Origin: a bacterium
GTDB lineage: Bacteria > Patescibacteriota > Minisyncoccia > Phycocordibacterales > UBA9973
DNA length: 64,000 nucleotides
Reading direction: 5' to 3'
Assembly: GCA_037200905.1 (NCBI GenBank)
Contig: JBBCGN010000001.1
Location: forward strand, 244,795-308,794
Each line of letters begins with the position of its first letter. Position 1 is the first letter of the stretch. Under the pieces are notes generated by a model. It was not told where the DNA came from and did not search any database. It saw nothing but the letters and a program-made list of their open reading frames with translations. Positions 56,949 to 64,000 of the stretch are shown here, in pieces. The position numbers and the translations under genes are program-made.

Positions 56949-57440
56949 TCATATCTTTTTGAATAATTTTACGTATAAGATCGCTACGATCGAACCCACT
57001 AAAAATCCTCCCAGCACGTCTATGGGATAATGCACGCCGAGGATGATGCGCGAGAGGCCGACCAAGACTGCGAGGATGCCGAGAGCGACGCCTGCCCGCT
57101 TGTGGATGAAAAACATGCTCACGGCCAGGGCCGAGAAGACGGCGCAATGCTCTGACGGGAAGGAATAATTGCTCTGATACACGAGCGGCGTGATGCCGAG
57201 CTCGACGAACGGCCGCGATACGTGAAAGATAAGCTTGAGGGTATGGGCGATGATCCAGGCCGATCCGCTCGAGACGAGGAGAAGCAGGATAGTGAACAAT
57301 TTGTGCGTGGCGAAAGAGATGACCCATACGATGATGAGCACGAGAAAGACGTAGGTGAACTTGTTCAGGAAGACGGCCGCGCCGGCGATGACCGGATTGG
57401 TAGAAAGGCTGAATATGAAATTGAAGAATAAGCTACTCAT
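56949..57440 (-). CDS. PAP2 family phosphatase
   Basis: ..KLIFHVSRPF..SFPSEHCAVF..SRIILGVHYPIDVLGG.. (PAP2 motifs KxxxxxxRP, PSGH-like, SRxxxxxHxxxD). Confidence 0.8.
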   Translation of the reverse strand: MSSLFFNFIFSLSTNPVIAGAAVFLNKFTYVFLVLIIVWVISFATHKLFTILLLLVSSGSAWIIAHTLKLIFHVSRPFVELGITPLVYQSNYSFPSEHCAVFSALAVSMFFIHKRAGVALGILAVLVGLSRIILGVHYPIDVLGGFLVGSIVAILYVKLFKKI

Positions 57441-58305
57441 GTGATTCAGCGGAATCATGCCGCGCAACGTCCTTTGAAGCGCGACGCTTGGCGACGGCGA
57501 GCACATTCTCGAGGAGCATGGCCACCGTCACCGGACCGACTCCCCCGGGCACGGGCGACAGGCATGCCGCTTTTTTCGCTACTGATTCTCGATCGATGTC
57601 GCCGACGATGCCGCTGCCGGATTCCGACGTGCCGGCATCGACGAGCACGGCGCCCTCTTTGATCATATCGCCCGTGATGTAGTTCCCTCGGCCGATGCCG
57701 GAAATGATGACGTCGGCCTCCTCGATGATCTTTTCCTTGCCGGGCGTATCATTGTCGACGGCGACGGGCGCGAATCCTTTCGAGCGGAGCAGGGCCGTGA
57801 CCGGCCTGCCGACGAGCTGGCCCTGGCCGAGCACCGCGATCTTCTTGCCCGCGAGATCGAGGCCGAGAGATTCGAGCACCTTCATGCAGGCGAGCGCCGT
57901 CGGGAAACCGAGGCCGGGCAGACCGCCATAGAACCGCGCGCTCGCCGCCGCGCCCAGGCAGTCGACATCGAGCTCGGGATCAATGCTGTCCAGAACCCTA
58001 GCTATATCGATAGATACTGGCAACGGCAGCTGGGCGATGATGCCGCACATATGCGGCACGGCGTTGAGCTTTTGTATCTCCCCTATCAGGGCGTCGGTCG
58101 TGATAGTTGCGGGAAATTCCGCGCGCTCGAAACGAATGCCGGCCGATTCGGCAGTCTTTTCCTTCATGCGTACGTACTGGAGCGAGGCCGGATCGCCTCC
58201 CACCAGGATGTCCGAGAACACCGGCTGGAACGGCAAGGCTGCCACCTCTTTGCTGACGTGTTCCAAAATTTCGTCTCTCAATTTTCTGCCGTCAATTATT
58301 TGCAT
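57433..58305 (-). CDS. folD: Bifunctional methylenetetrahydrofolate dehydrogenase/cyclohydrolase
   Basis: MQIIDGRKL..VGGDPASLQYVRMKEK..GQLVGRPV..PVPGGVGPVTVAMLLEN. Confidence 0.9.
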   Translation of the reverse strand: MQIIDGRKLRDEILEHVSKEVAALPFQPVFSDILVGGDPASLQYVRMKEKTAESAGIRFERAEFPATITTDALIGEIQKLNAVPHMCGIIAQLPLPVSIDIARVLDSIDPELDVDCLGAAASARFYGGLPGLGFPTALACMKVLESLGLDLAGKKIAVLGQGQLVGRPVTALLRSKGFAPVAVDNDTPGKEKIIEEADVIISGIGRGNYITGDMIKEGAVLVDAGTSESGSGIVGDIDRESVAKKAACLSPVPGGVGPVTVAMLLENVLAVAKRRASKDVARHDSAESHE

Positions 58306-58365
58306 AGGCTTTAGGCTTTAGGCTTTAGCATCTTATTGCGAGCGCCTAACGGCCTGTGTTAACCA

Positions 58366-59496
58366 TCATACTCCCAAGAACTCGTGCTTCATGTCGTCGC
58401 GATGGACGCTGCGGGCATAGCGGCTCATGCTCATGAGGATGCCGAGGCCCATGAACTCGGTCAGGAGGTGCGACCCGCCGTAGCTCATGAACGGCAGCGG
58501 GATGCCCGTGACCGGCAGGAGCCCCATGTTCATGCCGATATTTATCAGTATATGCGCGGAGAGATAAATTGCCAGGCCCATGCCGAAGAGCATCTCGAAA
58601 TTCGTGGCGCCGAACGACGCATGATGCAGGATGCGCCAGATGACGAGCCCGAAGAGCACGAGCACCAGGAGCGAGCCGATGAAGCCCCACTCCTCCGCGA
58701 AGGCGGCGAAGATGAAGTCCGTCTGGTATTCCGGCAGGAAGTTCAGGCGGGACTGCGTGCCGAAGCCCAAGCCTTTGCCCATGACCTGCCCCGAGCCGAC
58801 GGCGATGGTTGACTGGAAGGCGTTGTAGCCCGAGCCGTGGATATCGGCGAGCGGATTGAGGAAGTTCATGATGCGAGCTTTCTGATAGGGAGCAAAAGCG
58901 AAAGCCCAGAGCAGCGCGAATATCGCCAGTCCGGACACGAACACTACGAGCAGGTGCCTCTTCGAGATGCCGGACACGAGCACCATGCCGAACCAGATGA
59001 AGAATATGATCATGGCCGAGCCGAAGTCGGGCTGCAGGAACACGAGCACGAACGGCACGAGGGCGTAGAATCCGGAAATGAATATGTGCTTGATGTCACG
59101 GATTTCCACGTGCCGGCGGGAAAAATACTTGGCGAGGATGAGCACGAGCACGAGCTTCATCATGTCCGCCGGCTGGAAGGAAAAGCCGCCGAACGAGAGC
59201 CAGCTCTGGGCGCCGTGCGATATGTGCCCGAGCACGAAGAGCACGAGCAGCAGGCCGCAGAGAGTGAGGAATATTGTTATCAGGACGTCAGTGCGTTTCA
59301 GGAACCGGAAATCGATGAAAGAGAATATGAAGAATACCGCGAGCGATATGACGCACCAGATGATCTGCCTGCCGAAGAAGTTTCCGGCGTTCTCTTCCGG
59401 GACGAAGGCTTTCATGGTGACGAGGCCGGAGAGCAGTATCGGGACAATGAAAAAAACCAAGAGCCAGTCTATTCGTTTGATCGCCTTTTCCGCCAT
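58366..59496 (-). CDS. FtsW/RodA/SpoVE family peptidoglycan glycosyltransferase
   Basis: 376 aa with about ten TM segments. ..LQPDFGSAMIIF..PEYQTDFIFAAFAEEWGFIG..TGIPLPFMSYGGS.. Confidence 0.9.
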   Translation of the reverse strand: MAEKAIKRIDWLLVFFIVPILLSGLVTMKAFVPEENAGNFFGRQIIWCVISLAVFFIFSFIDFRFLKRTDVLITIFLTLCGLLLVLFVLGHISHGAQSWLSFGGFSFQPADMMKLVLVLILAKYFSRRHVEIRDIKHIFISGFYALVPFVLVFLQPDFGSAMIIFFIWFGMVLVSGISKRHLLVVFVSGLAIFALLWAFAFAPYQKARIMNFLNPLADIHGSGYNAFQSTIAVGSGQVMGKGLGFGTQSRLNFLPEYQTDFIFAAFAEEWGFIGSLLVLVLFGLVIWRILHHASFGATNFEMLFGMGLAIYLSAHILINIGMNMGLLPVTGIPLPFMSYGGSHLLTEFMGLGILMSMSRYARSVHRDDMKHEFLGV

Positions 59497-59499
59497 GGC

Positions 59500-60282
59500 T
59501 TACTTGAAGGTCACTTCGAAGATGTTGTACATCGGCAGGATGTCTTCGGAGACGATATGCTCCGGAAACGGCTCCGGCCAGGTGAAGCTGAGATCGGCCG
59601 ATCCCTCGGGCAGGAGGGCGCTCACGTACGTGCGGCTGGCGTTGACGGCGTCGCCTTTCTGATTGTACAGGATGCTCACGACGCTGATATCGGGGATGCG
59701 CCACAGCGAATCGTTGGTGATGGTAGCAGTCAGGCGCGGGCTCGTCGTTTCGCCCTCGAGATCGATGCCGTTGACCGCTATCTTGAGCTGGTCGATCTTC
59801 GCCTGCGACACTTTCACCCAAGTCGGCTCCTCGGTGAACTGGAACGTCGTGTATACCGGCATGCCGGTGCCCACGTCGATGGCCGGCTCGAAGACCGCGA
59901 AACGGCCGGACGGCGGCACCGACGTCACGCCCGTGCGCTTGCCGAGATAGACGTTGTCCTTGTCGGCGAAGCGGAACTCATAATGCACCTGCCCGACGGC
60001 ATTGTTGGTATTCTTGTTCTCGAGATAGGCCACGGCGTTATACCTGTCGCCGACGACGCGGAACGACCGCGCCCACAGCACCGCCACGGGGTCCACTTCG
60101 GCGTTGCAGGATTTGGCGCACGAGCCGCCGCAGTCGATACCCGTCTCGTCCCCGTCCTTCTGGAAATTGAAACAGCTCGGCGCCTTGTGCAGATACGGAT
60201 AGCTGACGAAGAATCCGAGTGCCAGGAAGAACGCGAGGAGGATGCATACGTAGAGGAATTGTCTCCGCAGGGCCCATGTCAT
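59500..60282 (-). CDS. Hypothetical membrane-anchored extracytoplasmic protein
   Basis: MTWALRRQFLYVCILLAFFLALGF, then CFNFQKDGDETGIDCGGSCAKSC and a beta-rich region. Confidence 0.45.
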   Translation of the reverse strand: MTWALRRQFLYVCILLAFFLALGFFVSYPYLHKAPSCFNFQKDGDETGIDCGGSCAKSCNAEVDPVAVLWARSFRVVGDRYNAVAYLENKNTNNAVGQVHYEFRFADKDNVYLGKRTGVTSVPPSGRFAVFEPAIDVGTGMPVYTTFQFTEEPTWVKVSQAKIDQLKIAVNGIDLEGETTSPRLTATITNDSLWRIPDISVVSILYNQKGDAVNASRTYVSALLPEGSADLSFTWPEPFPEHIVSEDILPMYNIFEVTFK

Positions 60283-60363
60283 AATGCCTATTATACCCTT
60301 TGTAGGAATTTTTATCAAAAAATCAGCCAGTAAAACAAAGGAGAAAACAGCATATCGCTATAC

Positions 60364-60392
60364 TTGACATTTATCATAAAAAATGATATAGT
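60364..60392 (+). promoter_or_regulatory. Near-consensus sigma-70 promoter
   Basis: TTGACA (60364-60369), 17-nt spacer, TATAGT (60387-60392). Confidence 0.6.
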
Positions 60393-60460
60393 TTATACAG
60401 ATTACAGTATTGTAGTTCTTGGCAGGGGTATTCCCTGTCAATATTCAAAAACTGAATAAA

Positions 60461-60943
60461 ATGAAATTGTTTAAAAGTAAAAAGAGGCAAATCCTTCTTT
60501 CAAATTCCACAGTATGCATGTACGAAACAATCGAAAACGCATTATTGTTTCTTTACAAGGAAAACTGGGGAAAAGCTGAAGATGAAAGACGGCTACGTAA
60601 AGTTTTCAGCACCAGGGGCATAGCAATTACCGCCCTAGATGTATCAGAGGATAAAAGTGAAGAAATCCTTGATGTAAAAGCAGAGATGAGGTATGTGTTG
60701 AGTTTCCTGTCAGGCGGACCTCACCTTGTCAAAATGCACTTCACTGTACACAGATACCATGCGATGGCTGATTGGTATTTGAAAACGAACTCAACAATCA
60801 ATGTTAAGTTCATCAGGGAGTACCATTATACAAGGCGTTTAGAAGTACCAGAAATTAATGAGCACAACTTAACGGTTGACGAAAAAAGTTTTATTGTTTC
60901 TAGCGAAAAAATTCCACAGGTTTTCGATTACGATTTAAAGTGA
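60461..60943 (+). CDS. Hypothetical protein (AT-rich orphan)
   Basis: ATG at 60461 (MKLFKSKKRQ..). No motif recognised. It has its own promoter and terminator. Confidence 0.4.
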   Translation: MKLFKSKKRQILLSNSTVCMYETIENALLFLYKENWGKAEDERRLRKVFSTRGIAITALDVSEDKSEEILDVKAEMRYVLSFLSGGPHLVKMHFTVHRYHAMADWYLKTNSTINVKFIREYHYTRRLEVPEINEHNLTVDEKSFIVSSEKIPQVFDYDLK

Positions 60944-60952
60944 TTAAGCTTG

Positions 60953-60982
60953 AAGCGACTGATATCCTCAGTCGCTTTTTTA
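60953..60982. terminator. Rho-independent terminator between convergent genes
   Basis: aagcgactg-atatcct-cagtcgctt followed by tttttt. Confidence 0.7.
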
Positions 60983-60992
60983 TTTTTAGAAA

Positions 60993-62672
60993 CTATGCCG
61001 CATCCAGTTCGAGCGAGAATGTCGAACCTTTGCCTGCTCCTTCCGAGTCCGCCCAGACGCGGCCCTTGTGCGCTTCGGCGATGATGCGGGCGAGATAGAG
61101 GCCGAGGCCGGAGCCGGTGGTATTCATCTTGGCGCCCTCGCCGCGGGCGAATTTCTGGAAGAGCGTTTCCTTTATCTCGGGAGGGATGCCCATGCCAGTG
61201 TCGCTGACGGACCACGTGATTTTTTTCTTCTTGTCGTCCTTTGCGAGCTTCACCTTGATGCTTCCCTCTTTGGTGTACTTGATAGAGTTGTCTATCAGGT
61301 TGAGCATGACCTGGCGCAGCTTCTCCATATCGCCATTCACAGTGTACGGAGCTTTGCCGTCGGTCTCGAACGAGAGCTTCAGACCTTTCTTTTCTGCGGT
61401 GACCGAGAGATCAGTCGCCAAATCCTTCGCCGCCTTCTCGAAATCGAACGGCGCCATGGTGTACTTCATGCCGCCCTGCTCTATCTTTGAAACGTTGAGC
61501 AAATCTTCGACGACGGTTGTCAGGTGTCTGCTCGATTCGAAGACGCGATCGATCATTTCCTTCTGCTTGTCGTTCACTGCGCCGAAATCTCCTGCAAGGA
61601 GCATGGAAGTATAGCCATTGATAGCGGTCAGCGGGCTGCGCAGCTGATGGCTCGCGAGCGACAGGAATTCCGTCTTTAATTTATCGAGTCCCTTGAGCTT
61701 ATCGTTGGCATCTTCGAGCTTCAAGTTCGATTCCTCAATCCTCATCTTCGATGCCTGCAATTCGCCGGAGAGCTTTTCGATACGCACGCGCTGATCGGAT
61801 TCTTTTTTAAGGTTTCTGAAGAGAATGACGCTCAGACCGAGAGTTATGACGATAGTAAGTATCGTCAGAAGCCTGTCAGTCTCGCTCGAGATGAAAAATA
61901 ATTGTCCGGCGATGAGCACCATCAAGCCGATGACCAAATAGTGCGTGCCAATGATCTTGAAATTGAAGATGTCGAGCTCGAATACCGAATAAATGATGGC
62001 GATGAGAAATATCGGCAGGAGGAACAGGCTGTAGAGATTCATCTCGTAATACCCCGTCGTAGAAGCCAGGTATTCAGTCACGCCGAATGTCGCGAGGAAC
62101 AGGAACATGGATCCGAGCACGATAAGGTCGGCTGCTTTTGCTTTCGTCGTCAGCTTCTTCAGGAAAGGCACCAGCATATAAATGGCCATGACGATGAGAA
62201 TCAGCGATTCGAGCGCCAATTTGTAATAGCCGAGAAAATCATTATTGAATGCTTCGCACATCGGCTGGTTGAAGCCGAGCACAGACTGCTTGGTGACGGT
62301 CATATAGAGCGCAGGCACGGTCAAAGCGAAGAAGGCGATCTTGAGAAGCGCAGAGATATCGGATTTCCTGATGAACACCGTGGCGAAATACAGTCCGAGT
62401 ATATAAAAGACTATTTCGAGATAATCGAGGAATGACCAGACCGTGTAGATAAGACGATAGTTGGTGGCAGTCCAAGTAATCAGGTCTCCGATGAGCCAGA
62501 GTGAGAACACCACGATGAACGCGAGGAATAATCGGGAGAAAAGATTCTTCGACTTGAAGAAGACAAGGCACCCTAGGATGAGCGAGAGGACGATCGGAAT
62601 GATATGGGAATAATTTGCCAGCGTGACCTGGGTAGTGTTGAGCGTCGTGACGAAAATGTAGCAAGAATTCAT
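60993..62672 (-). CDS. Sensor histidine kinase with an N-terminal 7TM domain
   Basis: About seven TM segments, a coiled coil, ..FLSLASHQLRSPLTAI.. (H box), then ..DNSIKYT..DTGMGIP..GSGLGLYLAR.. (N, G1, G2 boxes). Confidence 0.9.
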   Translation of the reverse strand: MNSCYIFVTTLNTTQVTLANYSHIIPIVLSLILGCLVFFKSKNLFSRLFLAFIVVFSLWLIGDLITWTATNYRLIYTVWSFLDYLEIVFYILGLYFATVFIRKSDISALLKIAFFALTVPALYMTVTKQSVLGFNQPMCEAFNNDFLGYYKLALESLILIVMAIYMLVPFLKKLTTKAKAADLIVLGSMFLFLATFGVTEYLASTTGYYEMNLYSLFLLPIFLIAIIYSVFELDIFNFKIIGTHYLVIGLMVLIAGQLFFISSETDRLLTILTIVITLGLSVILFRNLKKESDQRVRIEKLSGELQASKMRIEESNLKLEDANDKLKGLDKLKTEFLSLASHQLRSPLTAINGYTSMLLAGDFGAVNDKQKEMIDRVFESSRHLTTVVEDLLNVSKIEQGGMKYTMAPFDFEKAAKDLATDLSVTAEKKGLKLSFETDGKAPYTVNGDMEKLRQVMLNLIDNSIKYTKEGSIKVKLAKDDKKKKITWSVSDTGMGIPPEIKETLFQKFARGEGAKMNTTGSGLGLYLARIIAEAHKGRVWADSEGAGKGSTFSLELDAA

Positions 62673-62678
62673 GGCGAT

Positions 62679-63488
62679 TTATATTTTAGGGATAAAATTT
62701 TTAACTTCCGGCATGTGACTGATCCAATACTCTTCGTCCTCCATGTCCATCAGCGACAGCGGGACGATCAGCGGTTTTGCGCCGGTGAGTTCGGTGATCT
62801 CTTCGATCGCGGGAAGCACGACGTCTTTCGAAAAGGCGCCTTCCCGGCCATTCGTCAGATAGTTCTCGAAAAGAATGCCATGCGTTACGAACAGCAGTAA
62901 GTAGTTGCGATAAAATTTCACCGCTTCGGGGCCGTTGCGATGGAACCATTCCGAAATATCGTAAAAAATCAGATCCTCCGGAAGCTTGCACTGGGTGAAG
63001 AGCTTCCTGTGGAAGTCGATCAATGGCTCGCCCCAGAGCGTCGCGATGTCTTTCAATTTTTTCCCGTCGTTCTTGACCATGTCGATGATATTTATCTTTT
63101 CAAGCAGGTCATTGCCATTCTTGTTGAAGCCGCTGTTGATCCTGATCTGGCTCAAAGAATGCTTGAAAGCGTTGTTCGAGGTGAACTTGTCCTCGGGATA
63201 TTCGAAAAGCACCGTTTCAAGCCCATTTTCCTTGGTTATTTTGACAAAGCGCCTCGTATCGAAATTCGGCGTGGCGAGCTGCCTGGCGAACACCCCGCAT
63301 TTCTTGCTCCTGAAAAATTCTGGAATATCTCCTTTCAATATCTCTTCCACCTTTGCCACGAGATCGGGATCATTTCTGCGCTCCTCAAGCAGCCGCAGCG
63401 CTTCCGACAAAGGAGTATATATCGCCTGATTGAAGGCGTTCTTGTCGGACAATATGCCGCTGTAGTCCCGCACGGGTGTATTACTCAT
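62679..63488 (-). CDS. Hypothetical protein
   Basis: Start taken as MSNTPVRD (63488), overlapping the upstream stop. Intact, no motif recognised. Confidence 0.4.
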   Translation of the reverse strand: MSNTPVRDYSGILSDKNAFNQAIYTPLSEALRLLEERRNDPDLVAKVEEILKGDIPEFFRSKKCGVFARQLATPNFDTRRFVKITKENGLETVLFEYPEDKFTSNNAFKHSLSQIRINSGFNKNGNDLLEKINIIDMVKNDGKKLKDIATLWGEPLIDFHRKLFTQCKLPEDLIFYDISEWFHRNGPEAVKFYRNYLLLFVTHGILFENYLTNGREGAFSKDVVLPAIEEITELTGAKPLIVPLSLMDMEDEEYWISHMPEVKNFIPKI

Positions 63489-63864
63489 CGTTGTGCTGTT
63501 CCGCGACAGGGATACTGCAAGACTCTCCGACGGTAAGGTCTTCTGTGCACTCGATTTGTTCGCATTGTATTTCTCCGCTCGCGCATGCGCTGGTGCAGTC
63601 TTCGTCTGCGCACGATGCATAGTCCTTGGCGCTTACGCTATAGCGGTTGAAGTCCGAAAGCCCGTTCGGTGGACAGTCATCAGGATTGGTGCAGTCGCGC
63701 TGAAAACATGTTTCGGTGAGCGGATCGCACGAAGTCTCCACTATAAAATCAAAATCTTTCTTGAAATAGAAGAAATAGAACGAAACGAGAATCACGATCA
63801 CCGAGCATATCAAGAGCGCCCACAAGAACCAGCCGTTCGATTTCTTTTCCTCTGTTTCTCCCAT
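63481..63864 (-). CDS. Hypothetical membrane-anchored Cys-rich protein
   Basis: ..WFLWALLICSVIVILVSFYFFYF.. followed by about 12 Cys. Confidence 0.45.
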   Translation of the reverse strand: MGETEEKKSNGWFLWALLICSVIVILVSFYFFYFKKDFDFIVETSCDPLTETCFQRDCTNPDDCPPNGLSDFNRYSVSAKDYASCADEDCTSACASGEIQCEQIECTEDLTVGESCSIPVAEQHNDE

Positions 63865-63930
63865 AATGGTATTATTTTAGCATAAAAACAGAGAATAGTA
63901 GAAACTGCTATCTCGTGGTAAAATCCACTC

Positions 63931-64000
63931 ATGAAAGACAATACCGACAAAATAAGGAGACTGCCTATCGTACTCGAGGCAAGGAGAATAGGCCTAAAAG
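63931..64000 (+). CDS. Start of an unidentified gene (runs off window)
   Basis: ATG at 63931, MKDNTDKIRRLPIVLEARRIGLK.., open to the window edge. Confidence 0.3.
   Translation, partial: MKDNTDKIRRLPIVLEARRIGLK

Noticed and set aside
58306-58335. Triple tandem 8-mer ggctttag between folD and the FtsW/RodA-family gene.
   Set aside because: It is too short to interpret and has no associated structure. It is probably slippage in an intergenic spacer.
58837-60333. 498-aa plus-strand ORF.
   Set aside because: It is antisense to the FtsW/RodA-family gene and the next membrane-protein gene. The sequence is charged and low-complexity.
1-64000. Alternative genetic code (UGA recoding, as in some CPR lineages) as the explanation for broken genes.
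   Set aside because: The broken genes are restored by frame switches, not by reading through in-frame stops. Long intact genes also terminate normally on TAA, TAG and TGA.

Overview
The window reads as a compact, GC-rich bacterial chromosome segment, probably Patescibacteria/CPR-like. That assignment is an inference from many small secreted or membrane-anchored hypothetical proteins, a DUF5667-type anti-sigma protein, small GIY-YIG ORFs and a shortened RF2. Housekeeping genes present are truB, msrB, purC, pyrG, ftsEX, prfB, gatCA, htpX, lemA, secDF, uppP, folD, a FtsW/RodA-family gene and a 7TM histidine kinase. Six tRNA genes are present.

Several stretches look AT-richer by eye (GC not computed) and appear accessory:
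- About 24.8-34.0 kb is an island ending at tRNA-Gln. It carries an AbiEii-type nucleotidyltransferase fused to a WYL-like domain and a zinc ribbon, an ABC-transporter/TrmB cassette bracketed by ~72-bp direct repeats, a large serine recombinase, and a HEPN (TIGR02391-like) two-gene module. A GIY-YIG ORF there is wedged between a decayed tRNA-Gln 5' half and the intact tRNA.
- About 44.8-46.3 kb holds two unknown ORFs abutting tRNA-Asp, then a tRNA cluster with two more decayed 5'-half copies and a tandem ~105-nt structured repeat.
- About 54.7-56.9 kb holds an IucA/IucC-like gene plus an alpha/beta hydrolase.
- About 60.4-61.0 kb holds a single orphan gene.

A GC-rich five-gene operon at 39.9-44.0 kb (PqqD-like, GT2, HprK-related kinase, GT2, NTP_transf_5) has no visible precursor peptide.

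About two dozen genes have broken reading frames, often at homopolymer runs. These are concentrated in 0-18 kb and 39.4-48.7 kb. I cannot tell assembly indels from real pseudogenes, so coordinates of the broken genes are approximate reconstructions from my own translation.
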